In this document: one piece after another, positions 17,240 to 27,023 of the stretch
How positions within the stretch are numbered: position 1 is the stretch's first letter
How the letters are laid out: each line of letters starts with the position of its first letter
Source: an uncultured Gammaproteobacteria bacterium
GTDB taxonomy: Bacteria; Patescibacteriota; Patescibacteriia; UBA2591; UBA6264
Length of the DNA stretch: 32,068 bases
Assembly (NCBI GenBank): GCA_964485025.1
Contig: CAZAGY010000001.1
Span: 1 to 32,068 of the forward strand
Direction of reading: 5' to 3'
Notes under the pieces: model-generated
Seen by the model: only the letters and a program-made list of their open reading frames with translations
Told to the model about the DNA's origin: nothing
Database searches by the model: none
Program-made: the position numbers and the translations under genes

Positions 17240-17416
17240 TTAATAATTTTGCACTCCATTTTCCCAATCATATTTTTTGAAATCCTCTTTTATTTCTTTA
17301 TCGTCCATTCCATCAGCAGCAATGACTTCAAGATTTTCTTTTGGATAAGTTTGTTGAATTAAAGAATTGAGGCACATTTCTATGTGTTTTTTTTCATTTC
17401 GGTAAGCAACAACCAT
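17240..17416 (-). pseudogene. Truncated copy of the GT2 5' end (about 58 codons)
   Basis: MVVAYRNEKKHIEMCLNSLIQQTYPKENLEVIAADG...KEIKEDFKKY parallels IIACRNEEKHIEKCLYSLINQNYPKENFEIIVVDG...KEIIKKF of 14366..15361. The nucleotide match runs from 17307 to about 17425 versus 15231 to about 15350, roughly four-fifths identical by eye. It stops after 58 codons. The longer track ORF (to 17536) overlaps the GT4 gene 3' end and is not credible. Confidence 0.8.
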
Positions 17417-17450
17417 GGAAGACAAAAATTGGCTAATTTTTAAAAAATAA

Positions 17451-18533
17451 TCAACAAGTTGTTTTATATAGTGATATAACTTTTTCGTAAAATTTTTCCA
17501 TTTTTGAGATATTATCGTCCAAAATAGCGCGTTCACGAATAATTTTTAAATTTGTTTTTTTAGCATCATTAATTAATTGTTTATTTTCATAAGCCTCTAT
17601 AATTTTTTTGGCCAAAATAAAAGAGGAATTAGTCGGAACCAAAAAACCATTTATTTCATCTTTAATCCATTCGCGATTGGCCGGAATATCAGTACATATA
17701 GGAAATAAACCGCAAGCCATTGCTTCATTTAATGAAACGTTATTCATATCAGAAAATGAGGTCGATATAAAAATATCAGCCCTTTTTAATTGTTCTAAGA
17801 GTTGATTATGAGGAAGATTTCCTAAAAAATTTACATTATTTTTTACTCCTAAACTTCGAGACAGTTTTTCTAATTTTTTTCTTTGACCACCATCACCAAT
17901 AATCAGACATTCTAATGTGTTATATTTTTTTATAATATAAGGTAGTGATTTAATTAATAATTCAACATTATAAATATAATCTAAAGATCTTGTGCTTATT
18001 ATAATAAGACTCGTTGGCTCTTTAAAACTTTTTGAACCGATTTGTTCCATTAATGACTTATCAATTCCAAAAGGCAGGACAACGATTTGATTTGGTTTTG
18101 CTCCTAAATCAATTAAATTTTTTTCTACAAAATTCGCTAAAGAATGGATTAAACAAGCTTTTTTTATTGTAAAACGTACAAAAAATTTCAACAAAAGATT
18201 TTTTTGAGGACTTATCAACACATCACTCCCCCAAGCAGACACTACTAAAGGACGAAAACCAGTGCAAGCGGCAATAAAACCGTAGCTTGTTAAATAATGA
18301 GCATGAACCACATCAGGTTTAATAGAGTGAATCAATTTTTTTATGGACGATATATTAAAGATATAATCTAATTTTGTGGGAATTTTTCGTTTAATATGAT
18401 GTATTGTTATGTTTTCCAGTGGAGATGTTTTTTCAAAAGAAATGACATCTATTTTATGCCCCTTTTTATTTAATTGTGACGCCCAGCGTTGCAGATGCAC
18501 GCTATTAATATTACCCAAAAGGCAAATTTTCAT
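17451..18533 (-). CDS. Glycosyltransferase, GT-B fold (GT4 family / group 1)
   Basis: It has the N-terminus MKICLLGNINSVHLQRWASQL and the C-terminal donor-binding region FISTSFSDMNNVSLNEAMACGLFPICTDIPANREWIKDEINGFLV (the E-x7-E type motif). Confidence 0.85.
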   Translation of the reverse strand: MKICLLGNINSVHLQRWASQLNKKGHKIDVISFEKTSPLENITIHHIKRKIPTKLDYIFNISSIKKLIHSIKPDVVHAHYLTSYGFIAACTGFRPLVVSAWGSDVLISPQKNLLLKFFVRFTIKKACLIHSLANFVEKNLIDLGAKPNQIVVLPFGIDKSLMEQIGSKSFKEPTSLIIISTRSLDYIYNVELLIKSLPYIIKKYNTLECLIIGDGGQRKKLEKLSRSLGVKNNVNFLGNLPHNQLLEQLKRADIFISTSFSDMNNVSLNEAMACGLFPICTDIPANREWIKDEINGFLVPTNSSFILAKKIIEAYENKQLINDAKKTNLKIIRERAILDDNISKMEKFYEKVISLYKTTC

Positions 18534-18538
18534 TTTGA

Positions 18539-19459
18539 TTAGTTTTTAAATTTTTTAAAAATAAATTTTAGCACATCAAAATATGCTTTTAATCGCGTCT
18601 TACTCTCAATGTTTTTATTTAATAAATACTGAAGATAATCTATGGGAATTCTAAATATGACTTCTAAAAAAATTAATGTTTTAACTAAAAATATTTCTTT
18701 TTTAGTATGGTGTTTATAAAAATATTTTATTTTACTTATTCTTCCAAAATAGGCAGGGGCATATCTGTTGCCCCCGGAACTCATTCCGCCGTGGTGATAG
18801 ATAATGCTTTGAGGAAAATAAACAACTTGCCAATCATAATTCTTTATCCTCCGGCACAAATCAATGTCGTCCATAAAGAATAAACTTTCATCTAACCCTC
18901 CAATTCTATCATAAACATCTTTTTTAAACAGGAGACAACACCCGGACACGGCATCAACTTTTTGTGGCATATCTTGCTTTAGAAATTTAGAACTCATCTT
19001 ACCGAAGACTTTAAACAATTTATTTAAAAAGAGTATGTCTTTCAAAAATATCCATATATTAGGGAAGAAGAAAGCGGTGTCTTGAAAGTTTCCATTAGGA
19101 TATAGAACTTTTGGGCCGATGACTCCGACCCCATGATTTATTTTTATATAACTAACCATTTTATCAATGGCTTCGTAAGTTAATCTGGTGTCGGGATTCA
19201 ACAATAGAATAAATTTTGACTTAATGGTTTTAAGGATTTGATTATTAGCGGCACAGAATCCTATATTTTCTTTATTTCTGATCAGGGTACAATTCGGAAA
19301 ATTTTTAGCTACCAACCATGAATCATCTGAAGAGTGGTTATCAACCACAAATATTTCGTAAGGTATTTTAATATTCGTTTTAATGGATTCAAGACATTCT
19401 TGGAGTAGATGGTCAGTATTATAATTTACGATTATTATTGATAGGGTTGGATAAGCCAT
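18539..19459 (-). CDS. Family 2 glycosyltransferase
   Basis: LSIIIVNYNTDHLLQECLESI..., LLLNPDT and FFMDDIDLCRR are typical of GT2 rhamnosyl/galactosyl-transferase-like enzymes. Confidence 0.85.
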   Translation of the reverse strand: MAYPTLSIIIVNYNTDHLLQECLESIKTNIKIPYEIFVVDNHSSDDSWLVAKNFPNCTLIRNKENIGFCAANNQILKTIKSKFILLLNPDTRLTYEAIDKMVSYIKINHGVGVIGPKVLYPNGNFQDTAFFFPNIWIFLKDILFLNKLFKVFGKMSSKFLKQDMPQKVDAVSGCCLLFKKDVYDRIGGLDESLFFMDDIDLCRRIKNYDWQVVYFPQSIIYHHGGMSSGGNRYAPAYFGRISKIKYFYKHHTKKEIFLVKTLIFLEVIFRIPIDYLQYLLNKNIESKTRLKAYFDVLKFIFKKFKN

Positions 19460-20835
19460 TTTTTATTTAGTATTTTAAAATTTATATAAATTATACTCAT
19501 TGTTATCCAAAAAAGTATAAAAAATTGATAACCAAAAAAACTAGATTCAACGAAAATATGGACAAGCACACCAATAAATCCAGACAAAACACCAATAGTC
19601 CAGTAATAAAAATAAGAATCATGGGGTATTACTCCAATCAGCTTGCGAATATTTTTATAACTTATAACAAGAAGTGATATAAAGAAAAATAATCCCAAAA
19701 CGCCCATTTCGGCTAAAATATGTAAATATTCATTATGAGCTTTATATGTACTTCCGTTTGTGAATTTTTGCATATAATATTGTAAGCTACCCGTGCCGGA
19801 TCCAATAATAGGATGAACTAAAAACGTTTTTAACGCTCCATAATATATAATTTTTCTACCGCTTAAAAATCGGCCGTTGAGGTTATATATTTTATAGAAC
19901 ATAATTTTCGTAGCAGGATGCAACATTACTATAATGGTAAATAGAACTATCAAAACAATAATTTTAACTTTATTTTTATGAAAGGTTTTAAAAATAAAAA
20001 TTATCAAAGAGACTAAAAAGGCAACCAAAGCTCCTCTTGATTCGGTTGTAATTAAACCCACCACCATCAGGATTAAAGAAATTGATAGATAAAATTTTGT
20101 TAAGATAGCGTTTTTTTTATAAAATAACAATCCTAGGGTCATCGGGATTAAAAATATAAAGAACGTAGCTAGATAATTGGAATGTCCCCAACTAACGGAA
20201 ACCACAGATTTAGTTAACGTTCCAGAAGTAGATACGTTATAATATAGCCATCCAGCTAAAATAGCACCGAAGAGGGGTAAAGAATATATAATTTTTTGAC
20301 TGACCGATTCTTTATTTATTATATTAATACATAAAAATAGGACTAAAAATCCTGTTAAATATAATTTTAAAAAACCAATACCTCTAAATAAATCAGGGGT
20401 GACAAAGAGTGAAATTATGGTCATTCCTAAAAAGCCTAGAATCCAGGGGGCATAATTACTGACTATAAATGCAGTTTTTTTCTTTTGCAACCATATCGTT
20501 ATGAATAAACAAAATAAAAAGAAAAGATAAAAATCTTCGTAGAATATATTAGGCGTTTTATTTCCGATATGAATAGCTCCAACTGGACCGAATAATAGTA
20601 GAAAAATTATAAATATTATTGAATATGATCTACAGAAAAAGACACTTATAATTGTCGCAATTACAGATATTATTATCAACAGATACAAGCAAACCTCTTT
20701 TAATGGAAGTTGTATAGAAACAAACAATAAGCCCAATCCTATTGAAATAAATAATACATATAATAAAATATGCTGTAATATTTTCAAATTGTTTATTGAT
20801 AATTTATTTTTTAAACGATTGATAAATTGATTCAT
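19435..20835 (-). CDS. wzy: O-antigen polymerase/ligase-family membrane protein
   Basis: It has about 11-12 TM helices, a Wzy_C-like segment TTESRGALVAFLVSLIIFIF and a large loop with HNEYLHILAEMG (H-N-x-Y/L). The start overlaps the upstream gene by 32 nt and may be mis-placed. Confidence 0.75.
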   Translation of the reverse strand: MNQFINRLKNKLSINNLKILQHILLYVLFISIGLGLLFVSIQLPLKEVCLYLLIIISVIATIISVFFCRSYSIIFIIFLLLFGPVGAIHIGNKTPNIFYEDFYLFFLFCLFITIWLQKKKTAFIVSNYAPWILGFLGMTIISLFVTPDLFRGIGFLKLYLTGFLVLFLCINIINKESVSQKIIYSLPLFGAILAGWLYYNVSTSGTLTKSVVSVSWGHSNYLATFFIFLIPMTLGLLFYKKNAILTKFYLSISLILMVVGLITTESRGALVAFLVSLIIFIFKTFHKNKVKIIVLIVLFTIIVMLHPATKIMFYKIYNLNGRFLSGRKIIYYGALKTFLVHPIIGSGTGSLQYYMQKFTNGSTYKAHNEYLHILAEMGVLGLFFFISLLVISYKNIRKLIGVIPHDSYFYYWTIGVLSGFIGVLVHIFVESSFFGYQFFILFWITMSIIYINFKILNKKWLIQPYQ

Positions 20836-22012
20836 ATTTATTTATAGACTGTTTTAGAGATAGATTATTTTCAATAAATTTACGACATCTTATGTTTGTG
20901 TTTTTATCTTCTAAAATTTTGAGAATGTTTTTTACTCCGGTTTGATAATTTTCTTTATTAAACTCATCAATCACTACGCCAAGGTTATTTTTTTTAACCA
21001 TTTCATCAGTGCCACTAATCTGGCCATTAATAATTACTGGCAATCCTGTAGATAAATATTCAGCAAACTTAATTGGAGAACAAGCTATCTTTTTTGTAAA
21101 AGTAGGTTGAATAAAAGAAATAGCTAAATCTGCGATAGAAAGATAATTTGGCATTTCTTGGGGTGGCACATCTATTATAGTATAATCCACCTCAATTAAA
21201 TTATTATTTAGTATTGTTTTTGTTTTGTCTTTTTCGTACGACAGAATAAGAAAGTGGGCACGATTTGATGTTTTTTTTAAAACAATAAAGAAATTTATCA
21301 TCTTGTCTATCAAATGCCATTCAGCAAATGAACCACTATAAACCAAGACGAGTTTATCAGATAATCCCAACTTCAATCGTAAATTTTTTCTTTGTTTGGG
21401 ATTGAAAACAAACTTATTTACATCAACACAGTTGGGGATGACAGTGATATTTTTTTTAGTTTTATAGAGAATGGAGTTTTGAATATAATCTTTAAAAGAT
21501 TCATTGACAACTACAATTGAATCGGCTGATAAAATAAGTTTTTTTTCCACATATTTAGCTAACTTATATTTTAAAGATCCTTTTGGCCAATTGCCGGAAT
21601 ACGCTTGTTCGTCAGGAATTAATCCTCTCATGTCAAAGATAAAATTTATTCTAAAAAATTTTTTAATAAACCAAACCATGATTGCGGGAATATAGCTTCT
21701 GGTTTGAATAACTTCTATTTTCTTTTTTTTAATAAGCCAACTAATATAAAAAATTCCTCGAATAATGTCTAATAAGCTAGCTGGAAAAAATGGCCAGTGC
21801 CAATAATTTAGAGTGTACCAATTTATCCCACTTTGTTCTAGTTCTTTCACCAACCAATCAACTTTTTTGGTTGATTTGTGTTGGAAAGAAAAAAATATAA
21901 AATGAATTCCTTTTTTTGATAGTTCTTTCATTTGAGGAATTCCCTGGGAGTAGACTATGGGGCTAATGCCAGAATGACTGATAAATAAAGCCTGCATAAA
22001 ATTATTTAACAA
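20804..22012 (-). CDS. Glycosyltransferase, GT-B fold (GT4 family / group 1)
   Basis: The C-terminal region LAISFIQPTFTKKIACSPIKFAEYLSTGLPVIINGQISGTDEMV is a typical GT1/GT4 nucleotide-sugar binding motif. Confidence 0.8.
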   Translation of the reverse strand: MLNNFMQALFISHSGISPIVYSQGIPQMKELSKKGIHFIFFSFQHKSTKKVDWLVKELEQSGINWYTLNYWHWPFFPASLLDIIRGIFYISWLIKKKKIEVIQTRSYIPAIMVWFIKKFFRINFIFDMRGLIPDEQAYSGNWPKGSLKYKLAKYVEKKLILSADSIVVVNESFKDYIQNSILYKTKKNITVIPNCVDVNKFVFNPKQRKNLRLKLGLSDKLVLVYSGSFAEWHLIDKMINFFIVLKKTSNRAHFLILSYEKDKTKTILNNNLIEVDYTIIDVPPQEMPNYLSIADLAISFIQPTFTKKIACSPIKFAEYLSTGLPVIINGQISGTDEMVKKNNLGVVIDEFNKENYQTGVKNILKILEDKNTNIRCRKFIENNLSLKQSINKYESIYQSFKK

Positions 22013-22505
22013 TAATACTCATTACCAATACATCGTGAAATTTATTATGTTTAAATATTTTGTCTTTAAGAACGCCTTCCTTTTCAAATCCACATTTTTC
22101 ATATAATTTAATAGCTCTTTTATTAGTGATAAATACTTCTAAATAAATTCGATGTAAATTTAATTTTTTAATAGCATAATCAATAATTTTCTTAACTAAG
22201 ATTCCGCCATATCCTTTCCCTTGTACTTCTGGAGACAAACAAAACCCAACCTCACAAGAACTATTTGCACGGTCTATATGGTTTATTTGACCATAGCCAA
22301 CAGGAATTTTATCATCAAGAAGAACAAACATTAAGTATGTTTTATTATTTAAGTAATAGTTTTCATACCATTTTTTTTGGGCTTTTTTGGAAATTTTTAC
22401 GTCTTTATAAAGGTACTTATTTATTTCGGGATGATTTCGAATTCTTCTTAAGAATTCTAAATAGCGTTTTTTTAATGGGATTAGAGTAATTTTCATATTT
22501 ACCAC
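22002..22505 (-). CDS. GNAT-family N-acetyltransferase
   Basis: The acetyl-CoA binding motif QGKGYGGILVKKIIDYA (Q/RxxGxG/A) and ...NKRAIKLYEKCGFEKEG are present. Its position after an aminotransferase suggests amino-sugar N-acetylation. Confidence 0.85.
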   Translation of the reverse strand: MVNMKITLIPLKKRYLEFLRRIRNHPEINKYLYKDVKISKKAQKKWYENYYLNNKTYLMFVLLDDKIPVGYGQINHIDRANSSCEVGFCLSPEVQGKGYGGILVKKIIDYAIKKLNLHRIYLEVFITNKRAIKLYEKCGFEKEGVLKDKIFKHNKFHDVLVMSIIVK

Positions 22506-23629
22506 CCTTGATTTATTATTTTAGATATTTGATAGATGTCATTTTTAGTCATTAATGTATGTATTGGCAGAGAAATAATATTTTTCGCGATTTTTGTAAC
22601 ATTTTTAATATCGGCTCTACATTTTTTATACATTGGATAGGTGTTATTAGGTATGTAATGTACACCCGGAGCTATTCCGCTAGCTTTTAGTTTAGCGATT
22701 AAATCGTCCCTTCTTTTAACTTGTATTACATATAAATGTTGGGAGGTAATTATATTTGGCGATGTATAAGGTAGAGATATAATATCAGAATTCTTTAATT
22801 TTTGATTATAAATTGCAGCTAATTTTCTTCGATAGATATTTTGTTTGTTCAATAATTTTAATTGTTCTATGCCAATTGCCGCATTAATATCATTCATATG
22901 ATATTTATAACCAACTTCAGGCACGTCGTATTGCCAAGCATAAGTGCCAGTTTTTTTCTTATCATTAGTCGTTCTATTGTAAGTGCTCTTGTCTATCCCT
23001 AACCACCTTAATTTATTTAGTCTTTCGTATTGCTCTTTGCTGTTAGTTGTGATCATTCCACCATCACCAACTGGTAAATTCTTAACCGCATGAAAACTGA
23101 AACAAGTTAAGCCAAAAGAACCAATTTTTTTATTTTTATAAGATGCACCGCAAGCGTGGGCCGCATCTTCAATTACTTTAAGATTATATTTTTTAGCTAT
23201 CTGATAGATTCTATCCAAATCACAAGGATGGCCTCCATAATGCATAGCTATTATTGTTTTTGTTTTTTTTGAAATCATTCTCTCAATAGATAACGGATCA
23301 AGACAATAAGTTTTTGGATCAATGTCAGCAAAAACAGGAATAGCTTTTTGGTAAAGAATAACATGGTTAGTTGAAACAAAGGTGAGGGGAGTTGTGATAA
23401 CTTCATCGCCCTCTTTTATTCCATTGACTATCAAGGCAAGGTGAAGGGCCGCAGTACATGAATTAAGCGCTACGGCATATTTTACTCCAATATATTTGGC
23501 AAATTTTTTTTCAAATTCGGCGGTTTTGGGACCAAGTCCAATCCAGCCCGACCTAAGAACGCTAACAACGGCTTTTATTGCCGCTTCAGAAATATTTGGT
23601 TTAAGAAGTTGAATAAAATTTTTTTTCAT
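22499..23629 (-). CDS. DegT/DnrJ/EryC1/StrS-family PLP sugar aminotransferase
   Basis: Family motifs are present: AVALNSCTAALHLAL, VIEDAAHACGASY, FSFHAVKNLPVGDGGM and ISLPIHTLM. Confidence 0.9.
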   Translation of the reverse strand: MKKNFIQLLKPNISEAAIKAVVSVLRSGWIGLGPKTAEFEKKFAKYIGVKYAVALNSCTAALHLALIVNGIKEGDEVITTPLTFVSTNHVILYQKAIPVFADIDPKTYCLDPLSIERMISKKTKTIIAMHYGGHPCDLDRIYQIAKKYNLKVIEDAAHACGASYKNKKIGSFGLTCFSFHAVKNLPVGDGGMITTNSKEQYERLNKLRWLGIDKSTYNRTTNDKKKTGTYAWQYDVPEVGYKYHMNDINAAIGIEQLKLLNKQNIYRRKLAAIYNQKLKNSDIISLPYTSPNIITSQHLYVIQVKRRDDLIAKLKASGIAPGVHYIPNNTYPMYKKCRADIKNVTKIAKNIISLPIHTLMTKNDIYQISKIINQGW

Positions 23630-23653
23630 AAAAATTTAAATAAAATTTTTAAT

Positions 23654-24307
23654 TTATTTTTTTTGAGCACAAACTATCAAAATATGACGATATTCCGAAT
23701 GTTCTAGTCTTTTAAAATTAGTAAAGCCACATTCTTTCATTATTTTTGTAAGTCGATCATATGTAAATCCAGTTAAATGATCTTGATGAAAATATGTTTT
23801 ATCAGGGCTTTTGTTTCCACCATAAATATTATTAATGGCTTCTTCTTCATTTAATGTTCTGTTATCAAGCCAATTTCGAAACACCCTTTCTAAATCAGGA
23901 ACCTCTATTTGAATCGTTCCTTGTGGCCCTAGAATTCGGTACCACTCTTTTAATGTTTTTATAGTATTCCAAGGAGGAATATGTTCAAGTAAAGCATGAG
24001 CGAAAATATGATTTACTGAATTTTCACTAAACATAAAGAGATTAGAGGCGTCGGCAACTAGATCACATATACCAGACCAGTCTTCAATATCAATATTAAT
24101 AAAATCTTTTAGATAAATATTTCCACAACCAAGATGTAATTTTAGTGGCGATTTTTTTCTAAAATAGTATTTTTTAACATTTTTTTTTATAAAAGTTCTT
24201 ATTCGTTTAGAAAAGTGACTAGAAATGACTTTAATTATTTTTATTAATCCTCCTTCATGATATAAATTAATTAATTTTTTAATTGTTTTTTTTATTTGTA
24301 TGGTCAT
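23654..24307 (-). CDS. Class I SAM-dependent methyltransferase
   Basis: LHLGCGNIYLKDFINIDI (motif I) and ...IFAHALLEHIP...LGPQGTIQIEVPD (Methyltransf_11/23-like). Confidence 0.7.
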   Translation of the reverse strand: MTIQIKKTIKKLINLYHEGGLIKIIKVISSHFSKRIRTFIKKNVKKYYFRKKSPLKLHLGCGNIYLKDFINIDIEDWSGICDLVADASNLFMFSENSVNHIFAHALLEHIPPWNTIKTLKEWYRILGPQGTIQIEVPDLERVFRNWLDNRTLNEEEAINNIYGGNKSPDKTYFHQDHLTGFTYDRLTKIMKECGFTNFKRLEHSEYRHILIVCAQKK

Positions 24308-24313
24308 AAATTT

Positions 24314-25831
24314 TTAAGAATTAAGTTCTTTAGAAATTTCACTTAGAAATTTAAAATCAATATTTTTAAATGATTTTATTGTGTTAACAATATTTTTAAA
24401 ATTATCTTCTGTTAAATTATTTTCACATCGACTTACTAGATGGCCTCGGTGAATATAATATTTATTAGAATCTAAAAGTAAATGTTTATAAGGATTAACT
24501 TCACAATATTTTTCATTCTCCTTAATATCGCTATTTGCAAATATTCTTGGAATTTTAATATCTCTATGTTTTTCATAAAATCTCGGAGAATCAGAAACAT
24601 AAAGATAGTTTAGTTCTTCTAAAGCTTCTCGGGTTCCAGAACTCATTTCCCATCGAGGCGGCCGAAAGCCTTTAGTATATTTTATTCCAGCATTTTTAAA
24701 TGCTTCTTCACATTTTAAAATTAGGTTTATCGCTTCAACTTTTGATAAATATTTAAATTCAGGAGTCTTTATTTTATCATCTAGATGATGATAATAACCA
24801 TGGAGAGCAATCTCAAAATTTTTAGGAGAAAGTAGGCTTATTTTTTGACACCACTTAGAACTATTAAGAATATTATTTTTATTGTCACCCCAATCCCTGC
24901 TATTAATAGGTGTAAATATAGTAATTTTAATTTTTGGAAAAAGTCTGACCAATTTTTTTAAAAGAGTAAGGTCGGAATAACATGGTAAAAGGTCGTCAAA
25001 ATTTAAGTTATATTTAACAGATTTTTTAGAAGAGAAATGGTTTATTAAAATTGGTTCTTTAGAAATAAGTTTGTTTTTATAACATACTGCAATTATAGGT
25101 GTTATCTCAGAATCTAAATTTTGTTGATGAGTCAGTGTAGAGTCAAAAAATTTAATATTTTGGAAATATAAAGACAATACATTGTAAAATTCTTTTATTG
25201 TCCACTCTCTAATATAATATTTGTTTTTTGGTTGATTTTTTCCTAGATTTTTATTATTTCTATTAGTGAACGAAATGTATAATATTCCGTCGTCTTTTAG
25301 TATTAGTTTCATTTTTTGGAATGCATTATGATAATCAGAGATGTGTTCAATTACCTCAATAGCTATAATTGCGTCAAAAATTTTTTCACAACAAGAATAC
25401 ATAGTGATATCTCCATTTACGTATTTAATGTTTTTTACTGGAGAACATTTTTGAGCAAATTCAGTGCATTTTTCTATTTTTCCCACACTAACCACCGATT
25501 CAGCTTCTTGCGATAGAATTAAGCTTCCTAATCCCGAGCCACAGCCAATATCACAAACATCCATTTTTTTAACTGATTTTGTAATAGTTTTATATATTTC
25601 AAGTTGAGCTGGCTCAAGAAGGAAACCACTTCGTTCCCATCTTGTAAGCATGGATTTGACCATATCATCATTCATTTCAGAATTTTCAATATAATGATTT
25701 TTAGATGATAATTTTTTAACTTGCCATTCCGCGATAATACGAGATAAAGCATGTTTTAAAAATCCTAAAAAACCTCTTAGTTTATAGGAAGACAATATAT
25801 CTTTTAGCGTTTTTTGAATTTGTTTCAACAT
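24314..25831 (-). CDS. Fusion protein: SAM-dependent methyltransferase + DUF2334/NodB-like (polysaccharide deacetylase-fold) domain
   Basis: The N-terminal half has VCDIGCGSGLGSLILS...AIEVIEHISDY...DGILYISF. The C-terminal half has KITIFTPINS...FEIALHGYYHH...PEFKYLSKVEAINLI...GFRPPRWEMSSGT...YLYVSD, matching the DUF2334 pattern (HGY.H...EF...gF.pP.w) from memory. Confidence 0.6.
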   Translation of the reverse strand: MLKQIQKTLKDILSSYKLRGFLGFLKHALSRIIAEWQVKKLSSKNHYIENSEMNDDMVKSMLTRWERSGFLLEPAQLEIYKTITKSVKKMDVCDIGCGSGLGSLILSQEAESVVSVGKIEKCTEFAQKCSPVKNIKYVNGDITMYSCCEKIFDAIIAIEVIEHISDYHNAFQKMKLILKDDGILYISFTNRNNKNLGKNQPKNKYYIREWTIKEFYNVLSLYFQNIKFFDSTLTHQQNLDSEITPIIAVCYKNKLISKEPILINHFSSKKSVKYNLNFDDLLPCYSDLTLLKKLVRLFPKIKITIFTPINSRDWGDNKNNILNSSKWCQKISLLSPKNFEIALHGYYHHLDDKIKTPEFKYLSKVEAINLILKCEEAFKNAGIKYTKGFRPPRWEMSSGTREALEELNYLYVSDSPRFYEKHRDIKIPRIFANSDIKENEKYCEVNPYKHLLLDSNKYYIHRGHLVSRCENNLTEDNFKNIVNTIKSFKNIDFKFLSEISKELNS

Positions 25832-25844
25832 AAAATAATAATTA

Positions 25845-27023
25845 TTAATATTTATTTTTATTAGAGACCCCCATTTCTTCTATATATTTTTTTCGTAAAT
25901 TAATTATTTGTAATATTCTTTGGTCCCAAGTGTGATGAGTTAAGACTTCTTGTCTTCCCATCTCTGCTATTTTTTCTCGTTCTTTGTTAAAAGTAAGATA
26001 ATATTTTATTAATTTAATTGCTTCGGGTATGGAATTAAACCAAACTAAATGTTTCTTATTTTTGAAAATTTCTTCTAGGCCTGGGAAATAATTAGTTAAG
26101 TGAAAAGCTCCACACGCCATTGAGTTAAAGGTTCTGCGCCACGAGGCATACATCCGTACATTATTTACAGCATTAATACCCAAGGTTATTTTTGAGTTAG
26201 AACACGCTTCGGCAAATTCTTTATTATTTACAAATGGATGTATATAAACATTAGATATATCAGAAAGATATTCCCAGTTATTTCCAAAAACATGGATATT
26301 GATTCCTTCTTTTATTATAGCAGAAATTAATTCTTTCCTTAATTTATGTCCCTCCAAAAAATCAGAATTATTAGCCATAAAGACTACGTCATAAATTTTA
26401 TCTCCTCCTCTAGGATAGAAGACATCTGGATCGGCACCAACCCACCAAAATCCTATATTTTTTATCCCCAATTTTTTGTATTGTTCAATAAGAAAAGACT
26501 CTTTGTGATAGAGAAGAGTGTAATCAGCGTATTTACCAATATCAACAACCCAAGGTTGTACTTCCCACCGGAAATCCCCATAGAAATGAACAACACAAGT
26601 ATTTATTTTTTGTTTAATTTTTTTAATTGTTAAACCATAAATTAACTCCGATTTACCAAGATGAATTAAATCAGGTTTAAAGGAAATGGCGGCCCTGATT
26701 AACATTTTATTCATTTGAAATTGGTTGTATTGGCTGGCTAATTTTCGGTAATCAAAAACCTCTAATGTACTGATTTTACTATATGCTTTAATAACACCAT
26801 CAATATTGGTTTTAGCCTGTAGCTCATTAATTGTATCTACATAAAGTACTTTAAATAATTTATCATTTTTAGATGGGATTATTTTAGATTTAGATAAGAG
26901 AGAGGGTAATAATGTATATAAATAAAATCGATATCTATTTAAAATATAGGATATGTGAGATAAAGCTGATTTTATGAAATTTATTATTTTTTTAATTTGT
27001 ATTGTTTTGTTTTTTTGTCGCAT
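25845..27023 (-). CDS. CgeB-like glycosyltransferase (DUF3880 / Glyco_trans_1_2-type)
   Basis: The C-terminus ...HLVWFNSIPEAIKLIKYYLTFNKEREKIAEMGRQEVLTHHTWDQRILQI matches the CgeB-family tail (e...yyl.....r..ia..g......htw..R). Assignment is at family level only. Confidence 0.6.
   Translation of the reverse strand: MRQKNKTIQIKKIINFIKSALSHISYILNRYRFYLYTLLPSLLSKSKIIPSKNDKLFKVLYVDTINELQAKTNIDGVIKAYSKISTLEVFDYRKLASQYNQFQMNKMLIRAAISFKPDLIHLGKSELIYGLTIKKIKQKINTCVVHFYGDFRWEVQPWVVDIGKYADYTLLYHKESFLIEQYKKLGIKNIGFWWVGADPDVFYPRGGDKIYDVVFMANNSDFLEGHKLRKELISAIIKEGINIHVFGNNWEYLSDISNVYIHPFVNNKEFAEACSNSKITLGINAVNNVRMYASWRRTFNSMACGAFHLTNYFPGLEEIFKNKKHLVWFNSIPEAIKLIKYYLTFNKEREKIAEMGRQEVLTHHTWDQRILQIINLRKKYIEEMGVSNKNKY

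Noticed and set aside
17240-17536. The 98-aa track ORF as a genuine gene.
   Set aside because: Its first about 40 codons overlap the 3' end of the GT4 gene in another frame. Only the part from the internal Met (17416) downward resembles anything, namely a GT2 N-terminus, and it lacks the rest of the GT-A fold. It is treated as a pseudogene remnant.
20804-27023. Two gene junctions overlap by exactly 32 nt: 20804-20835 (wzy/GT4) and 26992-27023 (the CgeB-like pair). This could indicate programmed frameshifting or a shared junction element.
   Set aside because: The two overlap sequences are not similar to each other and no slippery heptamer is evident. More likely these are ordinary overlaps or slightly mis-placed starts using non-ATG codons.
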